Positions 36,001 through 51,000 of a stretch of 64,000 bases of DNA are shown here, piece by piece; within the stretch, counting starts at the first letter, position 1, and every line of letters begins with the position of its first letter. Under the pieces are notes generated by a model. It was not told the DNA's origin, did not search any database, and saw only the letters and a program-made list of their open reading frames with translations. The position numbers were made by a program, and so were the translations under genes. This DNA comes from Mobula hypostoma (Eukaryota), in the NCBI RefSeq assembly GCF_963921235.1, contig NC_086097.1:199952001-200016000 (forward strand), in the 5' to 3' direction.

Positions 36001-39000
36001 ATAGATTGAAAGCCAAGGCAATGTTGCTACAAGTCCTGATCGGAGAGTTTTCTAGTGTTAACGATGCTGCCCAGCTGCCCAAACAGATACAGTAATCATG
36101 TTTAGCAGATAATGGAGCATCCTCTTCATGCATGCGCCATGTTCTCTCTCATTACCAGTGTCAACAAGTATATGGTTATGAGACAAGACAATATGCTTTG
36201 CCCATGATCAAACTCAGCAATGCTATGGTGGCAACAGTCATAACAGATGAAAATTCTCTTGATGAAGAACTCAGTATAAGGATTGGAGAGACAGACAGCA
36301 AATTCAGCTGATTACCAAATTGACACAAGAGCATAACAAGCTTATTGTTGGGACTAAGATTCGGAACCACAAGTGCTACATCCTTAGAATACTACTGCAG
36401 GCAGTAAAAGAAGTACCTGTAAAGAGACATGAACAATTTCCACCTGGAAGTAAGTCACCTCCAAGCCATTAATCGAGAGAGCAGATGTAATACATCTCAG
36501 CATTCATCAAGCAAAGCAGAGCTTGCTAGTTTGGGTACATGCAAAGGCTGAAAGCAAGCCACACCCTCACAGTTATGTTTAAAGGGGGGGGGGACTGTCA
36601 GAACCACAGGTGTTCTGAGTTTCATTTTCAAAGATGCTAGTGAAAGCCTTTAATGTTGATTATGAGAAGTGGGAAACTACACTGGATTTCATAAGAACAG
36701 CAACAATGGCTGCAGGTTGGGATGTACCACTATCACAATTAATGGTTCCAACAGTTTCAGTGGGGCTATGTGACTATAACTCACCCAGCATAGTCAGCTA
36801 TCGACACTTTCAATCACGACACACACACCAATTCTGGATTTCCAGAAATGGCTTATTTATTCTTCAGTAAAATGCACAATGTGACATCGGTGGCAGTATT
36901 GAAAATCTCATCTCCATCCTCATCTGGAATATGAAGGATGGCAACACTTCATAACACTCATCTGTACTTCCCCTTTATAATCTTTATCTGTAGTTGATCC
37001 AAGCAACAAGCACCTGGGCCTGGATATACTACTGGAATGCCATTCCTAGTTGGATGACATTGTTGAGCAAGGTTAACAGGTTAGTTAAGCTCCACATATG
37101 ATGATTACATACTGCATGAAAGAAATCTTCTTTTAAACATGATTGAAATATTGGCTAGTCCAATCACAAACAAGAGAAAATCTGTGATGCTGGAAATCCA
37201 AGCAACACACACACACAAAAAACGCTAGAGGAACTCAGCAGGCCAGGCAGCATCTATGGAAAAGAGTACAGTCAACGTTTCATCAGGACTGAGGTCTCGG
37301 CCTCAAACAGGGAAAGAGGAGGAGACCTGGGGGGGAGGAAAGAGACCAGTGTGGAAAATAGATGAAGAAGGGAAGGGGAGGTAAGGAGCAGAATGTCTCT
37401 TATATCTTGAAAAGGAAAGCTATATTCTGGGAACAGATGCAGTGGAGATGAAGGAACTGAGTAAAGGGAATAGCATTTTTACAGGAGACAGGGTGGGAAA
37501 AAGTATGGTCCAGATAACCATGGGAACTGGTAGGTTTATAATAGATAGTGTATTGGTAGACAGTTTGTCTCCAGAGATGGAGACAGATAGATCGAGAAAG
37601 AAGAAGGACGTGTCAGAAATGGACCAAGTGAATTTAAGGGTTAGAGAAGTTAGAGGCAAAGTTGATGAAATTGACGTGCTCAGCATGGGTTCACGAAGCC
37701 ATAACAATGCTGTTATCAATGTTGCAGAGGAAGAGTTGGGACGCATTACCAGAGATGGTGTGGAACATGGACTGACCTATGTAGCCAACGAAGAGGCAGG
37801 CATAGCTGCCGCACTTTGAGTTTGCAGAAGGTGGGATGAGCCAAAGGAAAAGTTGTTGAGGATGAGGACCATTTCTGCCAGAAGGAAGAGGATGGTTGTA
37901 GAAGGGAATAGTTTGGTTCTTTTATTAGAAACCTGGCACTCAACATCAGTAAGACGAAAGAGCTGATTGTGGACTTCAGGAAGGGTAAGACGAAGGAACA
38001 CATAGAGGGATCAGAAGTGGAGAGAGTGAGCAGTTTCAAGTTCCTTGGCGTCAAGATCTCTGAGAATCTAACCAGGTCCCAACCCACTGATGTAGTTATA
38101 AAGAAGGCAAAGACAGCAGCTATACTTTATTAGGAGTTTGAAGAGATTTGGCGTGTCAACAAATACACTCAAAAACTTCTATAGTTGTACCATGGAGAGC
38201 ATTCTGACAGGCTGCATCACTGTCTGGTATGGAGGGTCTACTGCACCGGACTGAAAGAAGCTACAGAAGGTTGTAAATCCAATCGGCTCCATCTTGGGTA
38301 CTAGCCTACAAAGTACCCAGGACATCTTTAGGGAGCAGTGTCTCAGAAAGGCAGCGTCCATTATTAAGGACTTCCAGCACCCAGGGCATGCCCTTTTCTC
38401 ATTGTTACCATCAGGTAGGAGATACAGAATCCTGAAGGCACACACTCAGCAATTCAGGAACAGCTTCTTCCCCTCTGCCATCCGATTTCTAAATGGACCT
38501 TGAAGCTTTGGACACTACCTCACTTTTTTTAATATATAGTATTTCTGTTTTTGCACAGTTTTTAAAAATCTATTCAATATACCTAATTGATTTACTTGTT
38601 TATTTATTATGTTTTGATTTACTTATTGTTATTATTATTTTTCGCTCTCTGCTAGATTATGTATTGCATTGAACTGCTGCTGCTAAGATAACAAATTTCA
38701 CATCACATGCCGGTGATAATAAACCTGATTCTGATTCTTATTCTGAAGAAAAAGGTGGAGCGCTTTAAGAACTTCTGATGGGAGATAAAAGTGTATAGAG
38801 GCTAGACATCCATGTGAAAGTGAGGTGGGCAGGCTAGGAAATTGAAAGTTACTGAGGAGAACGAGAGCATGAGTAGCATCATGGATGTAGGTGGGAAGGG
38901 ACTGAACCAAGGGGGATTGAATGGAGTAGAGGTATGAGGACATGAGTTCACTGGGACAGGAGCAGGCAGTGACAGTAGGCCTACCCAGACCATCAGGTTT

Positions 39001-42000
39001 GAGGATCTTGGGTCAGACGTAGAAGCAAACAGTATGGGGTAAGGGAACTACTGTATTAGTTCGGTAGCAGTGAATGGGAGTTCTCCAAACTTGATAAGGT
39101 CGGTGATGGTATCTCAAAATACCAGTGATAAAGTCTAAGCCTTTATCCTGAGTGATCACTAATATGCCATGATGAAGTACAGAACATCACAAATATAATG
39201 TTACAATGCAAAGCTCTTATCTACTGAATGTAAAAGCTCTTATCTACTTAATATAAAAATTTTTTTCTTCTAATGCATTTACATAAAACCAAGTTGCCCA
39301 TACTAAATTAGAATTGTACTGAGAATTTTGTTTGGAATAGGAAACAATTCTGACAATAGATCTTTCCAATGAATTACAAGCTAGGATACAGACTAAGAAA
39401 TGTGAACTAAAATCCATCACTTTCAGGAGGATTTTGTTGATTAGAAGGTTAGGTCATTCATATTGGAAATCTGCAATAAAATATTTAATTGCAAATTTTG
39501 AATGTATTAGAGCATAACAAGAAAGCATCTCACCTAGAACACCAGCCATAACACAGATGAAAATGCAGTCCGTCTCATTTTTACTCACTGCAATGGAAAT
39601 AGATTTTAAATTAATCTGTTCTTAATTACTGTAGCCTGTCTCACAATTTAGAGAGTAGTAGATTTCTCAGTTAAAGTAACTGTCTATCTTTTTTGGGACA
39701 AACATGCAACGCTTTGGTGCGTTATCTTATTTTGACTTCTCACAATCATTCTGACTGCTTTTCCTCTTCTGTGAAGAAGTATCAGATGCTTCACACATAA
39801 AATTTCTGAAAACGTTTACTCAGTTGTATGAGGCAACTACGAACACTGCTGTTGCTAGGACCTCCATATCCTGTATTTTGTACTAGGTGAGCCAAGTCAA
39901 AATAAAATTATGAGAAGCTTAATTCAAATTAACTTTCCTACTTTGCATGTCTTTCCTACTGTAAAAAAGAGAAGTATTGATATTTGGTCTGTTAGATACA
40001 GGATTTGTTCCATCCTCTATAAAATCCCATTACGTTAAACTCACATTAAAAAGATAAAATTTGTAGTATATACTTTCTCTGCTTGTAAATTATACTATAG
40101 TATCGAGTCAAGCTCATGAAGATACACTCTCAATTATCCATTATTAGCTGGTCCTATCAGTGGTATTTTCATTGTGATCTAGAAAGCTGGTCTTCAATAA
40201 CTTGAAAAAATATTGCCAGAAGTAACTGCAGGAATTAAGAGCAGAACTACATTTTGTGATGAAAACAATCCCCTTATCCATTAACTTACTGAATAGAGGA
40301 CAATATTTATGGGAAACAGATGTTATCTAATTAACCATTTGCTGCAAAGTTCCTCTTGATTTTTGTTATACATTGACGTTATCTGGCAAACTAAAAGTAA
40401 AAATATCACCAAATAAAGTTTGTATACTCCAATCAGTCTTAAAGTTCCTGTTACATTGGAAATAATCCTGAAATATACAAAGTTTACTAAAAACTAGCTC
40501 ATATGCAAGATTACTAGCCCATGGGCCAAGACGAAGAGCACTCATCTTTTTTTAAATAAACAAGATCGTAAATCTTGCCTTCATTCTGAGGATCATCAAC
40601 GTTTTCGGCATTCCCAGGATTACCAACCCTCACCACTATCCAGAATCACCAACCCTTCTCTGATTCCTGGATCATTATCTCCCCCCTCGTTCACAGGTCG
40701 CCAATTCTTCCCTCATTCCCAAGATCCCAAACTCTTCTTCCTTTTCCATTTTCACTCCACTTCTAGGTAACTAGACTTTTCCCCCATTGTCAGAGTCAAG
40801 AAACCTATCCGTATTACCAAGATCACAAGATCTTTCCTCATTCCCAAAAGTACAAATGTTTCCCCTGTTCCCAGGAACGCTAGTCTGCTCTTATTCTCGG
40901 AATCACTGATTGCTCTACAAATTCCGGAATGATAGAGCGGAGGAAGGGGAAAACAGAAATAAATCTAAGATAGTGAGCAGTAGAGATGTCAGGAAAGACA
41001 GGCAGGTGATGGGGCAAACTTGTAGCCATTGGGATGAGTTGCAGTGAAATCAAAGTGAAAAGTATCAAATACTGGTCTTAAGGTGTTGCACTTAAATGCA
41101 CGCAGCATAAGAAATAAGGTGGATGATCTTGTTGTACAGCTACAGATTGGCAGGTATGATATTGTGGCCATCACTGAGACCTGGCTAAAGGATGCATGTC
41201 TCTGGGAGCTGAACGTCCAAGGATACACGGTGTATCGGAAGGATAGGAAGGTAGGCAGAGGGGGAGGCGTACTTCTTTGGTAAGAAATGATATTAAATCA
41301 TTAGAAAGAGGTGATATAGGATCGGAAGGTGCAGAATCTTTATGGGTTGAGCTAAGGAATAGCAGGGGTAAAAGGACCCTGATGGCAGTTATTTATAGGC
41401 CTCCAAACAGCTGCAGGGATGTGGACTACAAATTACAACTGGAAATAGAAAAGGCTTGTCAGAAGGGCAGTGTTATGATAATTGTGGGGGATTTTAACAT
41501 GCGAGTGGATTGGGAAAATCAGGTCGGCACTGGATCTCAAGAGAGAGAATTTGTAGAATGTCTGCAAGATGGCTTTTTAAAACAGCTTGTTGTTGAGCCC
41601 ACTAGGGGATCGGCTGTACTAGATTGGGTATTGTGTAATGAACCGGAGGTGATTGGAGAGATTGAGGTGAAGGAACCCTTAGGAGGCAGTGGTCATAACA
41701 TGATTGAGTTCACTGTGAAATTTGAAAAAGAGAAGCCAAAATCTGATGTGTCTGTATTTCAGTGGAGTAAAGGAAACTACAGTGGCATGAGAGAGGAACT
41801 GGACAAAGTTGACTGGAAAGAGACACTGGCGGGAAAGACAGCAGAGCAGCAGTGGCTGGAGTTTATGCGAGAAATGAGGAATGTGCAAGACAGGTATATT
41901 CCAAAAAAGAAGAAATTTTCGAGTGGAAAAAGGATGCAACCGTGGTGACAAGAGAAGTCAAAGCCAAAGTTAAAGCAAAGGAGAGGGCATACAAGGAAGC

Positions 42001-45000
42001 AAAAATTATGGGAAGACAGAGGGTTGGGAAGTCTTTAAAACCTTACAAAAGGAAACCAAGAAGGTCATTAAGAGAGAAAAGATTTACTATGAAAGGAAAC
42101 TAGCAAATAATATCAAAGAGGATACTAAAAGCTTTTTCAAGTATATAAAGAGTAAAAGACAGGTGAGAGTAGATATAGGACCGATAGAAAATGATACTGG
42201 AGAAATTGTAATGGGAGTTGAGGAGATGGCAGAGGAACTGAACAAGTATTTTGCATCAGTCTTCACTGAGGAAGACAGCAGTATACCGGACACTCAAGGG
42301 TGGCAGGGAAGAGAAGTGTGCGCAGTCACAATTACGACAGAGAAAGTACTCAGGAAGCTGAATAGGCTAAAGGTCGATAAATCTCCTGGACCAGATGGAA
42401 TGCACCCTCGTGTTCTGAAGGAAGTAGCTGTGGAGATTGCGGAGGCATTAGCGATGATCTTTCAAAAGTCGATAGATTCTGGCATGGTTCCAGAAGACTG
42501 GAAGATTGCAAATGTCACTCCGCTATTTAAGAAGGGGGCAAGGAAGCAAAAAGGAAATTATAGACCTGTTAGCTTGACGTCGGTGGTTGGGAAGTTGTTG
42601 GAGTTGATTGTCAAGGATGAGGTTACAGAGTACCTGGAGGCATATGACAAGATAGGCAGAACTCAGCATGGATTTCTTAAAGGAAAATCCTGCCTGACAA
42701 ACCTATTACAATTTTTTGAGGAAATTACCAGTAGGCTAGACAAGGGAGATGCAGTGGATGTTGTATATTTGGATTTTCAGAAGGCCTTTGACAAGGTGCC
42801 ACACATGAGGCTGCTTAACAAGGTAAGAGCCCATGGAATTACAGGAAAGTTACATACGTGGATAGAGCGTTGGCTGATTAGCAGGAAACAGAGATTGGGA
42901 ATAAAGGGATCCTATTCTGGTTGGCTGCCGGTTACCAGTGGTGTTCCACAGGGATCAGTGTTGGGGCCGCTTCTTTTTACATTGTACATCAACGATTTGG
43001 ATTATGGAATAGATGGCTTTGTGGCTAAGTTTGCTGACGATACGAAGTTAGGTGGAGGGGCCGGTAGTGCTGAGGAAACGGAGAGTCTGCAGAGAGACTT
43101 GGATAGATTGGAAGAATGGGCAGAGAAGTGGCAAATGAAGTACAATGTTGGAAAGTGTATGGTTATGCACTTTGGCAGAAAAAATAAATGGGCAGACTAT
43201 TATTTAAATGGGGAAAGAATTCAAAGTTCTGAGATGCAACGGGACTTGGGAGTCCTCGTACAGGATTCCCTTAAGGTTAACCTTCAGGTTGAGTCGGTAG
43301 TGAAAAAGGCGAATGCAATGTTGGCATTCATTTCTAGAGGAATAGAGTAAAGGAGCAGGGATGTGATGTTGAGGCTCTATAAGGTACTGGTGAGACCTCA
43401 CTTGGAGTACTGTGGGCAGTTTTGGTCTCCTTATTTAAGAAAGGATGTGCTGACGTTGGAGAGGGTACAGAGAAGATTCACTAGAATGATTCCGGGAATG
43501 AGAGGGTTAACATATGAGGAACGTTTGTCCGCTCTTGGACTGTATTCCTTGGAGTTTAGAAGAATGAGGGGAGACCTCATAGAAACATTATACATCTAGT
43601 ACGAGAGGGCATGACTTCAGGATTGAAGGGCGCCCTTTCAGAACAGAAATGCGAAAATAATTTTTTAGTCAGAGGATGGTGAATCTATGGAATTTGTTGC
43701 CACGGGCAGCAGTGGAGGCCAAGTCATTGGGTGTATTTAAGGCAGAGATTGATAGGTATCTGAGTGGCCAGGGCATCAAAGGTTATGGTGAGAAGGCGGG
43801 GCAGTGGGACTAAATAGGATAAAATGGATCAGCTCATGATAAAATGGTGGAGCAGACTCGATGGGCCGAATGGCCTACTTCTGCTCCTTTGTCTTATGGT
43901 CTTAAAAAAAAAATTCAAGATCACAGTTTCCTATGCAGAGAAAGTTTCACCTTCCCTTATTTCCAGACTCACCATTATTTCCTACAGCCGTAGGATCACT
44001 AACATCTTTTTAATCCACAAGGTTACTAAACCTTTCCTCATACCCAGGTCATAATTTTTCCTCTATGCCTAGAGCAATATTTCCCTAATATACCACTTGC
44101 TGCTTTCTTGTTCTGAAAGTATCCAAGAGGCCATGGCAAAGATACATAATAATCAATAAAACAGAAACCATAGAGAATGGAGTTAGACTTAAAAATCTCC
44201 TTGAAGAAACTGGTGGTATTTCCCACAAAGTCAACGACAATAGCAGTGAAATCTGTAAAAACAACATAGAAAATTGATCTATAATAATAAAGTAACTTAA
44301 CAATAACATTTAAAATGTTCCATAGTAATGAATTATTATCATGAACATTAGAATATATGTTTTTGTAAGGTTAATTAGTTTATACTTTCATTCCAACTAT
44401 TTAAGGAATAACAGAGATGAATCAGCATAATTAAGTGACTTGTGTGCAAAATTGTAAAATACTCAGCCAGTCAAGCAGCAACTGCAAGGAGAGAAACAAA
44501 GTATTTTAGTCTATGGTCTTTCATCAGAAGTGATAAAGAGACTATTAATTGACAGATGTCTAAAACATTAACTCAATTTCTTTCTGCACAGATGTTCCTT
44601 GACCTACCGAGTATTCCCAATGACTTATTATACATTTAAGATAAATGGCAAAATACCCAGTTAGGAGATAAGGAAATTTTTGAATTCAGTTAATGACTTA
44701 GAATGCACTTCTCAGTTCTCAGTGATATTAATAGCAGTATATATAAAACAGAATTGAATCAGCAACATAAAAGACAATTCAATCCATCAGGCTTCGAAAG
44801 GGTTACCAAATTAGCTTCAGAGGGTGGTGGAAGTCGTTTCAAAATTAATTTTCCAAAGCAAGCTGGATATATATTTGAAATAAAATGTATTTCTGTCTAT
44901 GTACGTCCAATTAAGTAATTCAATCAAAGAGCTATGAGCCAAATCATTTCCCTCTTGTTATCAGGAGCAACAGGGGGTTGGTATCAACTAGAAACAAGCA

Positions 45001-48000
45001 AGGGAGGGGTGGGAGCTGGGAAATACCCCTTCTTCTTTAGTGTAATGAGTCCACTAACCAGTACCTGCTGTGGTGCCAGTCTGTGCTACTTGGATAACTA
45101 GATCTGGAGTTTAAATGGGATCACAAAAGGAGAGAAATGTGGCACAAAAATTTTCTGTTCCTTTTGCTTTTGATCTCAGAAATTACTCCTAAAATCTGGT
45201 TGCAGGAAAACATTTCTGAAGCTCAGAGCACTAAACAATTCTACGGCAATGTGTATTTCAACATCCTAATTGTCATAATTACATACACCATGCACAATTC
45301 TTTAAAGGGTCATATTTTCATATTTGTTCCATGGTTATGCCTCTTTAGAGAATTGCTTTGACATAAACTAACCTGTCGAGTCATTGCTTCTGTTGTTTAA
45401 GCAGTAGCAATATTTCATTGGAAAAATAGATGGATCAATTTTCCAGAAGCTTGAAACTATGGGTGGTAAAATCGTAAGATCAGTCAATATCACTGCAGTT
45501 ACTACAAATGCATGACAATTTAAGACAAATTTTAAAATCTATGATGAGTACTTACTGTTATAAATAAGAATGGACACTTTATGGAGTGCAAGGGAACTAT
45601 GGGAAGTGACTCCTAGCAACGAGAAGTATTGTTGATCTCCTGTAAATATTTTATATGTATATTTAGTATACATCTGGACCTTGTAACACTTTTCGAATGT
45701 AAATATCTCATCATATCCACAATATATTAATTGGAATTGCTTTGCTTTTCCGAGCATTTAAATAGTTATAAATTTTACCTTCAAGTGTTGTATTTATCAT
45801 TTTATTGACTAATTCAGTCAAATCAATGGTAGTAGGGTCAAAAGAACCAACTGGTAACTCTGAAAGAGAAGAAGCAGCTTTAAATATCATCAACAGCTGA
45901 AGAGAGATTCATTGAATTCAGAGAGGATGCCATATCAAGATAAATACATATATAATAAGTTTATGTGTATGTGTATGTATGTATGCGTGTGTGTATATAT
46001 ATATACACATACACATACATATGTGTATATGTATGTATATCCACATATGCTTCATGATCTGCTGAGATTTTTAAACTTTATTTCAGATTTTTCACCTTCT
46101 GCAAGTTTCTTTTGGGTTTTCGTTTGGACTTCTACTCTTTGCATGTCTATTTCCAGTTCTCCAAGGCTTACTGAATTAAGTCTAACAGACCAGCACTTTG
46201 TTTTGATGAGAGAAAGTCATTCCAATGCATCTTTGAGACTGTTATTTATTAAATTCTGGGTCAATGCTATCAAAATAAATTAATACCATAACTTACGACA
46301 TACATTAGGCTCTGATTAATGGCACCAGATTTAAAGAACCAAAATACTTTAAATTTAAATTTCACTCAGGAAATTGACACACAGTCTAAAGAAGTGAGGC
46401 AAAGTGGCAGCGAGGTCATGGACCCTATAATGAGGTGTTTGCTGTCTTGAGGCAAATTAGGGTGAATAAGTCCCTAGGGCTTGACAAGGTGTTCCCTCGG
46501 TCGCTATTGAGGTACCAGAGGGTTGGAGGTTTGCTAATGTTGTTCTGCTGTTCAAGAAAGGCACTAAAAATAAACCAGGAAATTATAGGCCGGTGAACTT
46601 GACATCAGAAGTAGGAAAGGTATTAGAATGCATTCTAAGTAACTGGATATATGGGTTTTTGGACAGACATGGACTGATTAGGGATTGTTAGCATAGCTTT
46701 CTTAATGGTAGGTCATGTCTAACCAATCTTATAGAGTTTTTTGAGTAAGTTACCAGGAAAGTTAATGAATGCAAGGCAGTAGATGTTGCCTATGTGGACT
46801 TTAGCAAGGCCTTTGACAAGGTCCCACATGGAAAGTTGGTCAAGAATGTTCAGTATTTTGGCATTCAAGATTAGACCTTGGCTTTGTGGGAAAAGTCAGA
46901 GTATGGTAGTATATGGTTGTCTCTCTGACTGGAGTTCTGTGACTAGTGGAGTGCTGCAGGAATCAGTGCTGGGTCCATTGTTGTTTGTCATCTATATCAA
47001 TGATCTGGATGATAATGTGGTGAACTGTGTCATCAGATTTGTGGATGATACCATGTTTGAAGGTGTAATGGACACCAAGGAAGACTATCAGGCTTGCAGC
47101 AGGATCTTTGGACCTGTTGAAAAATGGGCTGAAAAATGGCAGATGGAACTTACCTCTCTCCAGGGCACCAAAGTCTTTCGCTGATCCATTGTTTGGTCAA
47201 TTTAAATGCCAGCCCAGGTAGATTGAAAAGACAGGGTGTTGGTTGGGACAAGAGCCAATTTTGCCTATTCTCCGTGATCGTTATCTCCATGGTGCTGAGG
47301 CTATGAAGACTGCCCCGGCTGTTGTGCTCCATGCCCGCTAATACGACAAACTGACAAATGAGGCTTTGGGCTGTTATAATTTATGCATTCTTTGATAATA
47401 CATGTACTTGAATCTTGAATTTTGAACTATCAATGACAGGGCACTGAGGAGTGTGATGGAACAAACTGATCTGGTAATAAAGGTGAATAATTCATTGAAA
47501 GTGGCAGCATTTGCCACTTTGACTTCATAAAACAAAGTATTGAGTACAAGAGATGAAATATTGTTGAAGTTGTATATTGGTGAGGCCTAATTTGAAGTAT
47601 GTGCGCAGCTTTGGTCACCTACCTACAGGAAAGATGTAAATAAGTTTGAAAGAGTACAGAGGAAATTTACAAGGCTGTTGCCAGAACTGGAGGACCTGAG
47701 TGATAGGGAAAGATTGAATAGGTTAGTACTTTTCTCCTTGGAACATAGAAGATTGAGTGGAGAACTGATGTAGGTCTATAAAATTATGAGGGGGATAGAC
47801 AGGGTAAATGCAAGTTGGCTTTGTGAGGCTGTGTGAGACTACAACTAGAGTTCATGGGTTAAGGGTAAAAGGTGAAAAGTTTAAAGGGAACAGAGGGCAA
47901 ATGTCTTCACTCAGATGGTGGTGAGAGTATGGGACAAGCTGCCAGTCAGACAGTGCGTGCAAGCTCAATTTCAACGCTTAAGCAAGTTTGGATAGATGCA

Positions 48001-51000
48001 TGGATGATATGTAGGGCTATGATCTGGATGCAGGTCGATGGGAGTAGGAAGTTTAAATCATTCGGCAAGGACTAGATGGATCGAATGGCCTGTTTCTGTG
48101 CTGTACTTCTCAGTGACTCTATGGCTCTGTGGCTACTTTTCCTGTATGCTCCAAACTCCTCCATTTCTGATTAATTCCCTCTTCTTCTACCAATGTTTAG
48201 TATAACAAATGTACATTTATTACTGTATTTTTGGGTTACAATTTGTAAAATCTATGCTGAATACTGGTGTTGTTCTTGATAAAATTCTACTGATTCCAGG
48301 GAGTATTAAAATTCAATGATCTCTGACCCATCCTGATTCAGAAATGTTTATCCTAAATTCTCAATCCAAATCAATTAGCCCTTTCCATAATCTATTTCTA
48401 TCAATAGCACTGCACACTATATAAGAGGCTGGAGAGCTCAGATAGCACATTATAAAATCTTCACATCCACCTGTACTGATTATAACACCTGACTGAGGGA
48501 ATGTCTGCTCCATTTACTTAAATGTCTTTCTACAATAAATACCATAATACGATAAAACCCTAAGATATGGGAGCAGAATTAGGCCACTTGGCCTATCAAG
48601 TCTGCTCCACCATTCAATCATGCATGATCCTTTTTTCTCCTTCTCTACCTTCTCCCCATGAGCTTTGATGCTCTGTCCAATCAAGAACCTACTAAACTTT
48701 GCCTCTATCAAGCACACAACCAATAAACTGACCTCCACAAATGCCTGTGTTAACAAATTTCACAAATTCACCACCCTCTGGCTAAAGAAATTTCTCCACA
48801 TCTCTGTTATAAATGGACGCCCCTCTATCCTGAGGCTGTGCCCTCTTGTCCTAGACTCTCCCACCATGGGAAACATTCTTTCCACATGTATTCTGTCTAG
48901 GCCTTTCAACATTCAAAAGGTTTCAATGAGATCTCCCTCATCCTTCTAAATTCCAGCAAATACAGGCCCAGAGCCATTAAATGTTTCTTGTATGATAGCC
49001 CTTTCATTTCCAGAATCATCTTTGTGAACTGCCTCTGGACCCTCTCCAATGCCATCATATCTTTTCTTAAGTGAAGAGCCCAAAACTGTTCACAATACTC
49101 AAAGTGAGGCCTCACCAGTGCCTTATAAAGCCTCAGCATCACATTCCTGCTCTTTTATTCAAAACTTCTTGAAATAAATGCTAACATTACATTTGCCTTC
49201 CTCACCAACGACTCAACCCCTGCAAGTTAGCCTTTAGGGTGTTCTACCTAAGGATTCCCTCTGAAATCAAAGGATTTCAGATTTTTGGATTTTCTCCCTG
49301 TTTAGAAAATAGTCTGCACATTTATTACTACTACCACAGAACACGACCGTGCATTTACCAACATTGTATTTCATTTGCCACTTTATTGCCCATTCTCCTA
49401 ATTTGTCTAAGTCCTTCTGCAGCCTACCTGTTTCCTCAACATTACCAGCCCCTTCACCAATCTTCTTATTATCTTCAAACTTGGCAACTAAGCCACCTAT
49501 TCCATCATCTAAGTCATTGATATACTGTACAAGAAGAAGCATTCCCAACACCGACCTCTGCTAACACCACTGGTCACTGGCAACCAACCACTTTTAGTCC
49601 CACTTGCTGCCTCATACCAATCAGCTAACTCTCTAACCTTGTTAATAGCTTTCCTGTAATACCATGGGCTCTTAACTTGGTAAGCAGCTTCATGAGTGGC
49701 ACCTTGTCAAAGGTCTTCTGGAAGTCCAAATATACAACATCCACTGCATCCACTTTATCAATCTGACTTGTCATTTCCTCAAAGAATTCCAACAGGTTCT
49801 TCAGGCAGGATTTACCCTTAGGGAAACCATGATGACTCTGTTCTATCTTGTCCTATGTCACCATCATAAATACATCATTATTTCTCAACAAGTGTCGTCA
49901 TATTGAAAGAACAAGCTTCTGCATCAAATAACATTTCCTTTGGGGGATGCGCAGATGTAGACAACAATGTGAAGGTCACCCTGACTAACCCTGTGAGTAT
50001 GTGAAATGTCTTTCTGCATTGCTCTACTGTGTGGGTATTCTGACTCCTGATGATGAGCTCGGTGGGTATTCTGCTTCCTCTCCCCAGTGCACAGGACTGC
50101 TAGCATATATCTCATGTCTATTTGAGTGACTGTGAGAATTTCCTCTCTCTGTCGTGTAGCCCCATTCTCTTCCTTGCACCTAAAGCCTGTATTGCTGTTG
50201 TCTAGCTGCCACTGGAGACTGTGCACTTTAAGGACAGATTCTATCTCCAAATCCTATGTAATGAAGTGCTGGCAGATGCACCAAAATGGGTAAGGTCCCA
50301 TCAAAAATAATGCAGCTCTCATTTTAGCAGTTGTTTCTGGGTGTAAACTTTTCTACCTTTGTTTCACATTGCATTCGTATGGTACCTGATTAGGCACCTT
50401 TGTTTTAATACCAAAACTAAGAGGAATCTGCTTTCTAGGTACAGGGGCTCCTCGGGTTATAGATTACCTGACTTGCACAAATTATCCCTTTCATTTTTAA
50501 AGTATTTTTCAAACTAGGAACAATAATGATAAAATGTTTCATATTTTATTATTGATTGGATGCAGCATATATCCTATTAGTTTAATTCTAAGTAGGTTAG
50601 GCTAATTACTTAATAAATGATATGGATAACGACAGAAAATAGACATTTAGGACTTATGGAGAAATCAGTTGATTCTATTTAAGTTTTAGAGATACAACAC
50701 CATACCAGTCCCTTCCAGCCTAATGAGTCTGTGCCACCGTATTACCAATTGACCTCCTAACTCATATGCCTTTGGAATGTGGGAAGAACCTGGAGCACCC
50801 TTTGTGGTCACGGGGCGAACGTACAAATCCCTAACAGACAACGGTAGAACTGAACCTAACAGACAACAGTAGAACTGAACCTGAGTCGCTGGTGCTGTAA
50901 TAGTGTTACACTAACCACTATGCTTACTGTGCAGTTTTTAAGAACAGACCCTTACAGGACCCAGGGACTGCCTGTAAGTAGTCTGTCATACATCCTCATT

